Source: Blasia pusilla (taxonomy: Eukaryota). Taken from it: a DNA stretch of 64,000 nucleotides. A program made the translations under genes and the position numbers. A model generated the notes under the pieces. That model was not told the origin of the DNA, searched no databases, and saw only the letters and a program-made list of their open reading frames with translations. Shown one piece after another: positions 34,213 through 46,590 of the stretch (position 1 is its first letter; every line of letters starts with the position of its first letter). The stretch is from contig CM114271.1 in assembly GCA_050084515.1 (NCBI GenBank), forward strand, positions 16,368,001 to 16,432,000, read 5' to 3'.

Positions 34213-37200
34213 AGTCGTTCTTATTTTTCTTTTATTCAATTTTTTGTTTGAATGCCAATCATCCCATCTCTAGGGAAAAAAACAATAATACTCAATTTTT
34301 TTCTAACATATATTTTGTAAAGGATAAACATGGACGAACCCATGTGCAAAAGAACTCATTCATGTGTGCAAGACAAAGGGAAACATACAATATACTTTAT
34401 ATTATTATTGGAGAGTGCCTCTTCAATTTTCAAACTCCTCACCTTTGACACTTGGTACATTCAACCAACAAGATCGCTCACCTTGTGAGCCAATAGGATT
34501 GCTTGAAATTTATTTTAAACGGCTCTTGAGAATTTTGAGAGTTAATTATCATTTTGGGTGGTAATTTAAACTCGTGCCTCACACATGCTTACACTAATAT
34601 TAAGTATATCATATGCACATAAGTACCATATATGAGTATGAGGTTTTAATCTGTTTGAAATGGAGGGATAGCTATATATGGTTTCAAATCTATGATTATA
34701 ATGGGGAACAAATATTGAAAAAATGCAAACCCCTTATTTCAAGTAAGAGAAACTTAGACCCTATCTTAACATATCTGAGAAGTCATATTTTCTCTTAAAT
34801 AATCACTATTGTAGGCCCGTGCGATGCACAAGTTTAAATTACCTCTCAAAATGATAATGAACTTTCTAAATTATTAAGGGTCATTTTAAATCAATGTTGA
34901 GCGATCCTACTAGCTCAAAAGGCTAGTAATCCTATTGGCTGAAAATGCCAAGTGTCAAGAGGAGAGTTTGCAAAATGAAGGAGCACTCCCCAATAATAAT
35001 ACAATATCAAAGAGTGTAGGTACCATTTGTATATCAATCATGGTAGAAAAAAAAAATTCTTGAAGGTAAGGATGAAGAAGCCTACAACATATAGAGAAGG
35101 CTATCAAAATAATAATTTATGATACATCAAAATCAATGGATGTTTTGCACATGTAGTTTCCACTTTTGTTATGATGATGTTCCACAAACTTAGGGAACAT
35201 CACCACTTAGTAATGTTCATATACGTCCCAAAATTTTATTTTCCTTCTTTCGCAAAATTTTCCCAAAATATTACTTAATTTTTCCTCCAAAATAAACTTG
35301 AAAAATAGAAAATTGAGCTAGGATTTTCTACTAAGCCTTTACAAAATTTAAATTTAAATGGGAAAAGATAATGAACATGAGGAGACTAAAGACATTTTAT
35401 GAAGAAGGAAAATTTTAAAAATCTAAATTTATTTTTGATATTAAAAATTAATCCTATTATCAAAACCTTCCGCTTATTCTACTCTTTAGCTTAGTGTGGG
35501 ATAAAATTCAAAAGCAATTCACAAGACTTGACGGGCATTGCAGTTGGTGTTCATTTGTAGGATCTCAACATGAGCTAACGCAAATAATTGTGTGATGCTT
35601 CCCATAATTTTCTTTTAAATCTTCCTGCCCTCTCTTATGAAAAAGATTTTCTAGCTGCCCTACAATCATGTTGTGTGTCACGCCAATATGTGTTTCCAAA
35701 TCATGAAGCCACTCTCCAATAAAGGTATAGATGAGTAATTGATTTTTTAGCTTTTTCCAGATCTAAGATTATATGTTCATGCCCTTTTTATCACTAAATT
35801 TATTCATACCTTCTCCTCATTTCCAAAAACATTATGTGGATACATTTTATATGAAAGGCTATTAAAAATTACAATTTTCCCTTACCAAGAATTTTCTATT
35901 TACTTTCTTCCAATAAATTTTTTCCTTCCGATGCATTGACTCTTTAAACTAGTCAAGAGACTTTCAAATACATAATATATTGACAATGGTGATTTTATCT
36001 ATCTCACCATAAGGAAGATGATTGAGTAACATGCGATACATTTTAGAGATCATTCAAAAGTGAGGAAGACTAGATGGAGTTTGAACTTTAACATTATGAG
36101 ATTTCGTAAGGTGATGATTATTTATGACTTTCATTGTTTCCTCAAAACACATATTCATAGTTTTTGAATAATCATCAAGTCGTCCCTTTTCATGATGCAT
36201 CTTTAATGGTTGTCAAAGCTTATTATCGACGACAAGTATTGGTGAAGTTATAGTGGGTACAAGAATTCGCTTCGATATTTTGAGTAGTTGGAGATCACTC
36301 ATCATGAAATTATTTCATAAGTGATCAGATTTTAGTGTTCATGTTTGGTTTATGTAAAGAGTTGAATTCATCGTTTTGCTCCTTGAATTTGCTTCATTTT
36401 TTCTTCTAAAATACTATTTCCAAATCAACTTGTAATCACCTTACTTTTGTATCTCTTTTCAGAATCCCATCCTCCTTCCCTTCATTTTTTTAAAAAAATC
36501 CTCTCATAAGGTTGGATTTTATCCTCATTCTCCTCTTAGGTTTCTTTCGAAAAAAAATTTGAGGATTCTCCTCTTAGTTTTCTTTCTCTTAGTACGCATG
36601 TACTAAGAGAATGTACATGTGCAAATCTCCTGAATAATCTTTGGATATAAAAAATTATAAAAAAGAAAGAAAACACTCAACTCTTTTTAATTATAAAACC
36701 TTCAAATAGAGAGTAAAGAGATATTTCCTCTTATTATGGCTCCAACTATAGTCCATAGGGGTCCTTTGTACCCATAGCTCTCTCCTTTGGAAAGTATATG
36801 TGGAAAAAAAGTCACCTTCAAATCCGTCTTCTTTTTTCAATTTTTTTCCTCAAAGTGATTTAGAGATTCAGAAATTTTTGGTTCTCCATCTTTATTGATT
36901 CATCTCCCATGGACGCCACACCCTCTTATGGCTGCCCCCTAGTTACATCCCCAAGTAGAAGGACCCCTTTTCCCCCCATAGGTTTACATTTGTCCACCTA
37001 TGATACAAATATTTGTACGTAGAACCCCCTTCAAATATTTTCCTCTAAGAAAAAAAAATTAGAGATCAACAATGGCTTGGATCTCCATGTTTATCAACTC
37101 TTCTCCTTTCATTAATCCACGCCTCCCCACCTTCTCAAGGCTGCCACACTAGTTAGGCTCCAACTACATGAACCAATTTTGCAAAGAGCTTTTCCCTTGT

Positions 37201-39983
37201 CCATTTCATCCTAGATGAAAATATAGGTTAAGGAAAATACACTTTTAGATATAATGCCTTTCTAAAAGTACAACTTTAGAGATTCTTGTAGCTCTTTTTT
37301 ATAAATCCATTCCCTCTCATGAGAGTGACTGCACACCTATCCTTTAGGCCAGGCTATAGTAAATATTAAGATGAGTAGGTTCATTTTTGTAGGTCAATTT
37401 GTAACTTATGGATGGATAAGAGAATTTGTGAGGTTCTAACTATGTATGGGATTGGCTAATAGTTATGGTAGAGCACGATCATATGGTGTTCTGCATAGAC
37501 CATTTCTCAAAAGTAGTGATTATTTGAATTGTGTTTGTCTACTTCGACGTTGAGTGTTGAAATTAAAAAATAATTTAGCGGAGGAAAAAGAGGTCTAGCC
37601 ATGAATGTTACTGATTAGAATTCTCGGAAACTATACAAGATGGCGATGCCAACACGACAAAGATGTGTCAAATCATAGTATGATATGCACTTGACATGCG
37701 AAGCTCAAGAATTTTGGCACTTTGACAAAGGAGCCTTCACTTTTCATGTTTTCATTTGTTGAGCTTATCGAAAACGTCGAGCGAACAAATTTCTAGGTCA
37801 ATTTTCCATCTCCCAAAATACATATCCTGACACATCCAACGCGAAATTATTTTAGGTTAGATTTGAATTTCCAAAACTTTCTCACCAAAAGTATCCACCA
37901 GGGAATTTTTTTAGTTCATATTTCCATCCATGGAAATTCTCTACCAAATAAATTTTCATACGAGATTGCTGTCATAAAAACATTCCCACCAAAATTGTAT
38001 TTTTGGAAAAAATGAAAAAAACTAAAATTGGTGGATATTTTCACTACCATTTTCATCTCCATCCTTCCAACCATCTCATCTCAAGGATATCACAATATTA
38101 AATACCTGTTATTTGTATTTGATAGATTTAGCACCACAGGAAATATGATTTCATCCCCAACTATAATATTATTGGAAAATGTTTTCTTAATTTGCAAACA
38201 CATGACAATCATACAACAAAAAAATATTACACATATGAGGGACAGAGTTCTTAAGAAAAAAATTTGACTACAACACGATTAATCAATGCATGGCACCGGC
38301 TCTGTACTAGTATGCTTAACCCTCCAACTAACTAAGGCAAGTAAGTGCAAGAAATCTGTTTGCTACGGGAGCCTGAGAATAAACTACAAATCGCTCCAAA
38401 CTTTGGGACGGGAACCGGTACGCAGAAATGCCGTAAAGTCTCCCCGCTTCGGCAATACGGCAGCGGGGAATCGGCTTTCACCATAGCCGTAAAACAAATG
38501 AAGCACCCTTCACCCGATAAAGTAAAGAGGGCTATCTCATGGCACACTTTGGAAAATAAGGTGTAAGACGACAAACGCGAGATTTGTCGCTTCTTTCAGC
38601 TTTAAGGGCGAAGAGTATCTTTACGAGCAACTGCTCCACTCATCCACTTGACGTCGCAAGCAGGCGCTCTTGGGGTGTTTGAGGTGGACAAGAATCATAA
38701 GATCTTGGCGTTGGTGGCTGGTGAAGAGCTTGCCCATTGGGAGAATTGGTTCTTCAGAGTATGGTAGTTTAATTTAAGAATAGTTGGATAACCCTTTTAG
38801 TTTCCTACTACTCCTCATAATGGCCCCCTCTCTCTGCAGTTCTACAAATGGAAGATAAGTTAGTTGATAAACTTGCTTCTATATGGTCATGAGATGAGAG
38901 AAAGTAAATTTGATGACAGAATGCTTCTGATGGCATATGCACTTTGGATCAATAGAATAGATGGTGCAATCACAACCGTGAGGGGTGATGGCATGACGAC
39001 AAGTTGGGAATTCTTGCTGATGAGTACATTACTGATCCATGTTCCTTGCGGTGAGCACTTGGGATTATGCCCAGTGTATGAGAAGGCAGGTAATGGGAAT
39101 AGTCCATGAACTGCTGCATGTACCGTGACTCCAGAATTCACAGAAACGGCGATTATGGGGTGGAACTCTCAAGTTTAACACTAGAACTTTGGGTCTGCAG
39201 TGGCACTCAAGTTGAAAACTACCCACCCTTGGCAGAGTGGCAGAGAGAATGCCAAACAGAAGAGTCTCAACATCACAATGATGACAAATAATTGCGGACA
39301 GGCCCTGTGTCACCATATAACAATTCTACAGACAGTCATAAAAAAAAGTGACAGATTATCACAACTCCCCGGCAATTTCATAAACTTGCTCGCAACAGTG
39401 GTCCAGAGTAGATAAGAGTTACTAGATTTGGACCCAGTCCAATAAGACCACACTGCTGTCCGTCTTAACGGCAACCGAGTGCTCATCGTGCTCTACCCTA
39501 TATATTAACATACATGCAGTAAGCGAAATAATTAAGTTTAGGTCAGGATGGTAAATGCAAAAGAATATGTGATGAAAACTAGCTAGAGTCCTTAAACCAA
39601 GAGGCATCTTTCGGAATATCTTGGAAGGAGCCGGTCTTGTTAAGGCTAAACAAAAGACATTTAGTAATACCTAGGCTGATCTTTTCCAAGAAAAGACAAA
39701 TGTGGAAGTTTTGTGACCATTCCTACTGCAATGTCGAACGTTTGGGTGAGATCAGTGCCTTAAATCATGAACATTGGACACAGTATTACAGTGAAGACTT
39801 TGAATGATATAATACACCCTTCCATGAGGCGAATAAACATCTTCAGGTTACTTCATGATATTGATGGGACACGAGTCTTCACCATACTATACACATCTCT
39901 TTGCTTCATCGTGCCCAAGGTTTCTCTCAACTCAATACACACGAGGTGTGACTAGTAAATTGCTAAGATAATGGATGAGAGCT

Positions 39984-42467
39984 TTAATTATCCTCAACTT
40001 GGACAAAAAGACTGGCATTTGGGTGAAGCCCTGCATCTATAAGAGACAAGTTGAGTTTATCTGGACCATAGACTGTTCGAGGGAAGTTAGATACCAAACT
40101 ATATTTGACCGCATCGCAGGCACCAAGTGAGTCCACATAATCATAAATCTTCCGAACGCTGTCAGTAGAATAAAATCTCCTGTCTTTTCGCTCTCCATTT
40201 GGTAACCGTACAAGTACCTACATGTAACACAGCATTTTTCATCCTTAGATATCATAGAATCATATGCCCAAGCTATGGAAAGTCGGGCCTTTTGACAATG
40301 CAGTTGAGTAACTAAAGGTTGTAAAGGAAAGTCCAGTGATTACTTGAGTGACATTGGAGGCCTTTGCAGGCTCCAACCCCAAAGACATTGCCTTCTCCTG
40401 CCTGCGACGCTCCAAAGCCAATTCCTTCTCTGCAGCTTCTCTGGCTGCTCGTTCCACAGCCTGTTCTTCTTCTCTTTTCTTCCTCTGTGCTTCCTCTTGC
40501 TCTTGTGCTGCCCGCTCAGCTTCTTCTTGGCGTCTTCTCTCTCTCTCCTATTCAAGGGTCAGCACGGGAATTCAGAGTCTCCATCCACTTGACAATTTAT
40601 TCTCACAACTGGATGGCTACAATCTGAGGTCAGGGGCACCTGATCACATGGCTCTTTGTGCACTAACTCTGATCACCTATGATATCAAACTTGCAATCTG
40701 ATGAAGCAACAAACAGACTCAGGTGTCTAATGTTTAGAGATAGTAAGCATTTGAGATCCGATTAGTCGGGCAGATTACGAAGGTGCAGCCATGTCAAAAT
40801 CGCAAACAAAAAAGTATCTGCATGCCCTCCCTTGCATGAACAATCTTTTGTACATTGGTTGAAAAGTCAGACCTGATCCGCTTGAAGAGCTGCTTGATAT
40901 GCGGCATCTTGCTCTTCCCTCAAGCGCCTGTTGAGCTGACGTTCTTCCTCTTCAACACGGGCAGCAACAAGCACTGCTCCTTGCTCCTCCACTACTCGCT
41001 GCAGAATGCTTAAAAGCTCACTAGCGGTCCTGGGTCCCTCTATCTGTTGCATCCATTTGGTTCAATTGTCATGACACGTTCAAGTGACGCAAACAAAGCC
41101 CAAAAAAATCCCTTCGCTAAGAATTTTGCACGTAAATTTAGGTGAACGGGAAGGGGGGGTAGCTCCTGCTTTACCAAATCAGTCGTACAGTGAACAGCTT
41201 CTTAAAATGAAAAATAAAAACGCCATCACGACCTAGTGTGAGGAAGAACTGCATGCATACCAGGGTGCTGATCCGCATGAAAATACGGAATGGATCCGAC
41301 GAAAAGTGTGAGGGCAAGAAAACTATCGGCAATCTCACACAGCTGGGACCCTGGGGGAGGTAGAAACTATGAACTGACAAAACGGCTACGTGGAGTAAAG
41401 ATTTGGAGTGTTACTATCAAAAGGGAGCACAAGTACCCAACAATCAGATGCAGACGAAAAAAGTTGGGGACCTGCTGTAAGAGAGCGATACGCTGGTTCG
41501 AAGAAGCTGTAACGATGGCACAAAATGGGAAGGTTGATGCTTTGAGGCTATTGCTCATTTGGAAGCCCTCGCTGGTCCGCACGTCTCCACCCCAAACCAC
41601 AAAATGTTCGTTGATGAACTCTACCACAGTCTCTGAGCACAGACTGCTCTCGCAAAACGATGGGGTGTTCGCGTGCTCTGGGGAGTGTAAATACACAAAT
41701 AAGAACTTATATTGCTGTCCTGCACTCCGCAGAGCCTCCATGAAGCTCATGATCTGAAACGATGGGTGATTCTCCCCATACTCCCTCTCAAAATTCCTCA
41801 TAAAGAGGGTCGCCTCTGACGCTCCGGTGGGCAATGGCAGAAGCGCTCGGCTATTTCTCCTATCACCTATACCTCCGCCCAAACCTAGAGCTCCCAAAGA
41901 AAACGAAACCATCCCTCCAGCCGCCCACATTCCAAGCCCTACCGCCCCATACATGAGGTTGTAGCTTCCCCGGATCATAGAAAACGGCAAGGTTACCAAC
42001 CTCCAAGCGATCCCTGGCGCCTGCAGATTCTGTTGCCCTCGGTATGGATCGTCGAAATCCCTGTACCGATCGTAGTTCAACAAAGTCCTTTCGGGGCTGC
42101 TCGGAAAACCATTATAATTCCCTGCATCAGAATTTCGCCGTCCATGAGAGGCACCATGCTCCTCCTGATCCCGATTGCCTGGAAGCCCGGAATCCCGCTC
42201 AGCTGCAGAGGCCCAGCGACTGGAATCGGCACCCTGCTCCGTCCTCATCGCACTTCTGCCCTCAATTGCAGTGGAAGTCCCTCCTCCCCCCACAAAAGAA
42301 TTCACAGCTGCGTCCAAATCCCATCCGTGCGCCTCCAGAATCTGCGAGGAAAGAGATACATCCCCCACCCCTGTTACATCCTGGAAGTACGCCACCTTCG
42401 CATCATTTTCTCGCGATTCACTCGCCATCGCTACCACTCCCTCCTCTCTTCCGTCTGCACCATCCAT
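39984..42467 (-). CDS. PUX10: Plant UBX-domain protein (UBA-like, UAS, coiled coil, UBX). Exons 42467-41472, 41043-40873, 40547-40344, 40217-39984
   Basis: FQDVTG...ILEAHGWDLDAAV; KFLFVYLHSPEH; LREEQDAAYQAALQADQ; VRLPNGERKDRRF...NFPR...AGLHPNASLFV. All introns are GT-AG, phase 0. The start could be the later ATG at 42428. Confidence 0.88.
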
Positions 42468-43652
42468 CAATTCATGCCCTCGCTAAACCCTAATTCATCG
42501 CCGATCCCTCTCCCCGATCCATCCTGCACCGTTTCCACTCGCGTCTACATCCACCGCATCCAACGCGACCCCGTGAACTCCCTCAATCGCTCTCCGCGTC
42601 ATGAATCTTCAGCGCTTCCTCGCACTTCGCTCCAGAATCTGGGGCTCCGCAGCATTCGTCGCCTCATCTCTCATCATCGAGGAAGAAGAGAGGAGGCGAA
42701 GAATGCACATACGCGGAAGAACCGCAGCTCCTGCCAACTCCAACACGTCCGTCCGTCGGTCCTCGGCCGGCGCCCTCTGACCGGTCCATCCGCGGATTCC
42801 CCAATACCAGATGGGCCGTTTCTGCCCGTGAGATGGAAGTGAAGATCGTACCGCCGAAATTCTGCCACGTTTCGGAGCCGCATAATTTCCCCGATCAATG
42901 AATGCATGTCGTTCTTTTGGGGTCACTAATGGGCGTACTGCGAACCCAGAATGAGCTTTTTCCAAGCCCAGTTCGACAAAGGCACTTACCGAAGGAAGAA
43001 AGTTATTACGGCCACTCCATCGTTTTAGGCGCCTCCATTTCGGGCTACTTAGGTCTGTCTATGATAATACTAGTCTGCTCTCTTTGGATGCTCCCTTTGG
43101 ATGCGCCAATGTCTACCATGTTACCGTGCTTGTAGTTGTTCCTAAGGGTTCGGCAATAAACCCATAACATTCCGCAATAAAATATGTAGGGTGGGAGGGG
43201 TTGGTAGAGTAGATGCTTTTATAAACTCCAAGTGAGTCGGATATTGTGGAAAGATGGTTAGTCTAACCAGCGTGCGGCCCAAGGTAGTTATGTGGTGGGG
43301 TTGATGTAAGTAAATTGAATATTAAGTGTGGGTTTAAGGAGAGTGACTAGTATATGGGCTGGAATTTGGTTGAATTTGGTTGGTTTATGAAATAACAATC
43401 CTTTGTAATTGTGAATGAAGCTTCATTGAGGATTATAACTGAAGAATCAATATGGATCAAGGAGATCATGTGTCTATAACATCTGATATCCTGAATGTAA
43501 AATGAAACTAGTTAGCAAGTCTTGAAATCATCTTATAGCTTGTGGGAGTTGATGATGAGCTTGTGCGATAGCAAGAGTATCCCTCCAGCTTTTGTACAAT
43601 GTTGAGCAGATCTACTGAGTAGCTTCTTGAAGCTCAGTAGATAGAGTAGTGG

Positions 43653-43657
<5 letters not shown>

Positions 43658-43713
<56 letters not shown>
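43658..43713. repeat. (CT)n microsatellite
   Basis: Uninterrupted ct run. Confidence 0.95.
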
Positions 43714-43716
<3 letters not shown>

Positions 43717-45495
43717 GCGATGGTATAATTGATTGATGCAGCTTGAGAGGGAGTGTATGATATTCACTAAGTCTGTTCTGATGTGGAACTGAAGGAAGGA
43801 ATAATCCGAACACTTGCATATGGTTGCATTGCTTATAGTGAGGGAGATATCTAAAGGTGCCTCTCTTGATGGTGCTCTTATTCCGATCTTATCATAAGCC
43901 ATGCAACAGTGATGTCAAGTCAAAAATAATATGACGGATAGGAGATAATAAAATAACATGACCAGAACATTTGTGCATTAGTTATGTTGTAGGTATCTGA
44001 AGGAGAAAAAAAAAGGCTTGAATAGGGCAGATATGAGATAGCACAAGACTCGTTGTGATGAGACGATACAAAGGTTGATTACTAGAAGTCATGGCTATTC
44101 ATAATAAGTAGAGAATGCAAGTGGCAAAATGATAGAAGTCATGAATCAGATTGAAACAGCAGCAGAGCTGATGTAAGTAGAAAGCAAAACCTAAACAATT
44201 GCACATATGCTAGTTTAGTTGTCTATAGGATAAAACCTCAAAATGACTAAGTAGAGCTTCATTAGAGCAGAAAGAATAGGACACAAGACTACAAAATGTA
44301 GAACTGTGTCGATTCATCCGCTAAAGTAGTAGATGAGTTAACGAACTAATATATAATTGCTGCCTATTGAGGTTGAAGGAGCTCTAGCAACTATAATTTA
44401 ATTGCATATGTCTGTACAATTTGCAATAGACACAAGAGCAGCTTAGCATCTTAACTAGTAATAAGGAAGAATCAGTAATATATAAATGGAGAAAAGAACA
44501 CAAAATTGGAATGCAACATACCTAAGAGGTGCATTTGGGCTTGCTTGGTGACTGTAAGATATTGCTGAAATCACAATTGTTGTTGGAACCACATGCATGA
44601 TCAAGTGGGAAAGATGTGTGAACATCAGGCTTAAAATCACCAATAGCATCTGAACCAGGTGTATGGGATAGTATCACAACTTCATCAAATTCGGGTAAAG
44701 CACGGAAGTGGTCAGGATTATCAACATCTATAGGTAAAGGCTCAAAATCAGGGAGCTGCCCATTATCATTAGCTAGCTTCATCTTTCCATGAGGTGGCTG
44801 GCTTTGGCAGGGGGCAGATCCAACAACATTTCCATGGGAAGATGCATGTCGTGCCTAAGAACCCGAAGCTGAACTAGGCGTATTCCTCTTGAGACTACAT
44901 TGAACAATTTGGCTGCATCTTTTCTAGAGAGAGTTGTTTCCTTGAAATCAACTTTCTTGAAGCGCAGAGCTTCCTTCTGGATCCCTGCATAGAGCAACAA
45001 TGAAAATATAGAAGTAAGCAAAAGAACATGCATGTCAAGGAGCAATCCGAATGGAGATAAAAACACAATGTTAGGGTAGTAATGAATTGCATATACATGA
45101 TGCAGGGGCATTCTTATTCAAACATCGAAACTTAGAGTCCCAAATCTGGCCCTGATTTATAAGTGATTGATTTGTCTCCCAATCACTCCATACTCCCAGA
45201 AAGCTGAGACCAGGCCTAAGTTATCCATGTACTTAATCTGGTTTTTGGTGGGGAAAATGTAACGTGGCTTGTACTCCTCAGGTTCAGCCTTGATGTCATT
45301 GAGAATCATGCTTTCAAAATCAAGGTAGCTTGAGGGCACTTGCTGAGAGTATGTTAGATCCAATAATAAAAATTTTAAATGAAGACAAGAATGCCATGTA
45401 GGATTGCCAAAGGAATACCTTATTTGAAGTTTTCTCCTGGTGATTGATGTCATTGTTGGAGAGTATTGATGGTGGTGGGAAGAACACTTACAACT

Positions 45496-46135
45496 AGCAA
45501 CCCATCGGCTCACACGGGTTGGAAGAAGACAAACAAAACAAAAATTGTTTGCAACCCGTCGGAGTCCGAAGGGTTGCTCCAAAAGATTCCTTGGTGCAAT
45601 CCGTTGGAAACCAAAGGGTTGCATCCAGGTGCATCGAGGTATGGTAGCAACCCGTCAGAGTCCGACAAGTTGCACCTCCAGTCCACTATATTAGAAAATT
45701 CAATCCATCGAAACCCAACAGGTTGCAAAGCCACCCACACCGGGTATTATGTTTGCATCCGGGTTGAGGATTCCGAGGCAATTTTTTTCTCTTGCAACCC
45801 GTCGGAGTCCGACGGGTTGCACAAACTGTAGTTCCGGCAGCCGAGTTTGATTGGCCTTGCAACCCGTTGGAGTCCGACGGGTTGCATGTTCCTTACAGAA
45901 GGTCTGGCTTTGCATGCCTTTGCAACCCGTCGGAGTCCAACGGGTTGCATATGCTGTAGGAAAGGCCTGTTTTGAGTGGTTGCAACCGTCGGAGTCCGAC
46001 GAGTTGCATATGCGGTAGGAAAGGCCCTGGTTTGAGTGGTTTGCAACCTGTCGGAGTTCGATGGGTTGCATGTTCTTTACGGAAGGTCTGGCTTTGCATG
46101 CCTTTGCAACTCGTCGGACTCCGGCGGGTTGCAAA
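45496..46135. repeat. Array of ~11 palindromic units TGCAACCCGTCGGAGTCCGACGGGTTGCA
   Basis: Copies near 45496, 45550, 45595, 45647, 45700, 45793, 45858, 45921, 45981, 46042 and 46105. Confidence 0.9.
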
Positions 46136-46377
46136 GGCATGCAAAGTTGGATTAATGTCATGCTCAAACAATGGAAGCTACATGCTTTGGAGAGGCTGAG
46201 ATGAAGTTCTTGCACTTCGGCTACGGGTTGTGTTACTTCTTGTAGACATAGCTCCAAATAGCTGAAGGCAAGACAAGACAACCTTAGTGTGCTCAAGTCT
46301 GCTGACCAAAAACAGCAAAATCAGAGGGAACGAGTGCACCCAATATTCGCAACTGAGTTCTCCTCCTCGCACAAAAC

Positions 46378-46590
46378 AACATGACATATGGTAGACCTAA
46401 CGCCAAGACTGATTTAATTACCAATAGGCATGGACCATCAATTGTTGAACCTTAGCTTTTGTGAGGTGTCATTGCATAGCCCAACATGACATATGGTAGA
46501 CCTAACGCCAAGACTGATTTAATTACCAATAGGCATGGACCATCAATTGTTGAACCTTAGCTTTTGTGAGGTGTCATTGCATAGCCCAAC
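46378..46590. repeat. ~105-bp tandem duplication at the helicase C-terminal end
   Basis: aacatgacatatggtagacc...gcatagcccaac is present twice, head to tail. Confidence 0.9.

Noticed and set aside
42033-42842. 269-aa plus-strand ORF
   Set aside because: Antisense shadow of GC-rich PUX10 exon 1 and its 5' region, with no domain features.
45496-46135. CRISPR array
   Set aside because: Eukaryotic context, no cas genes, irregular and partly duplicated spacers, and fully palindromic units.
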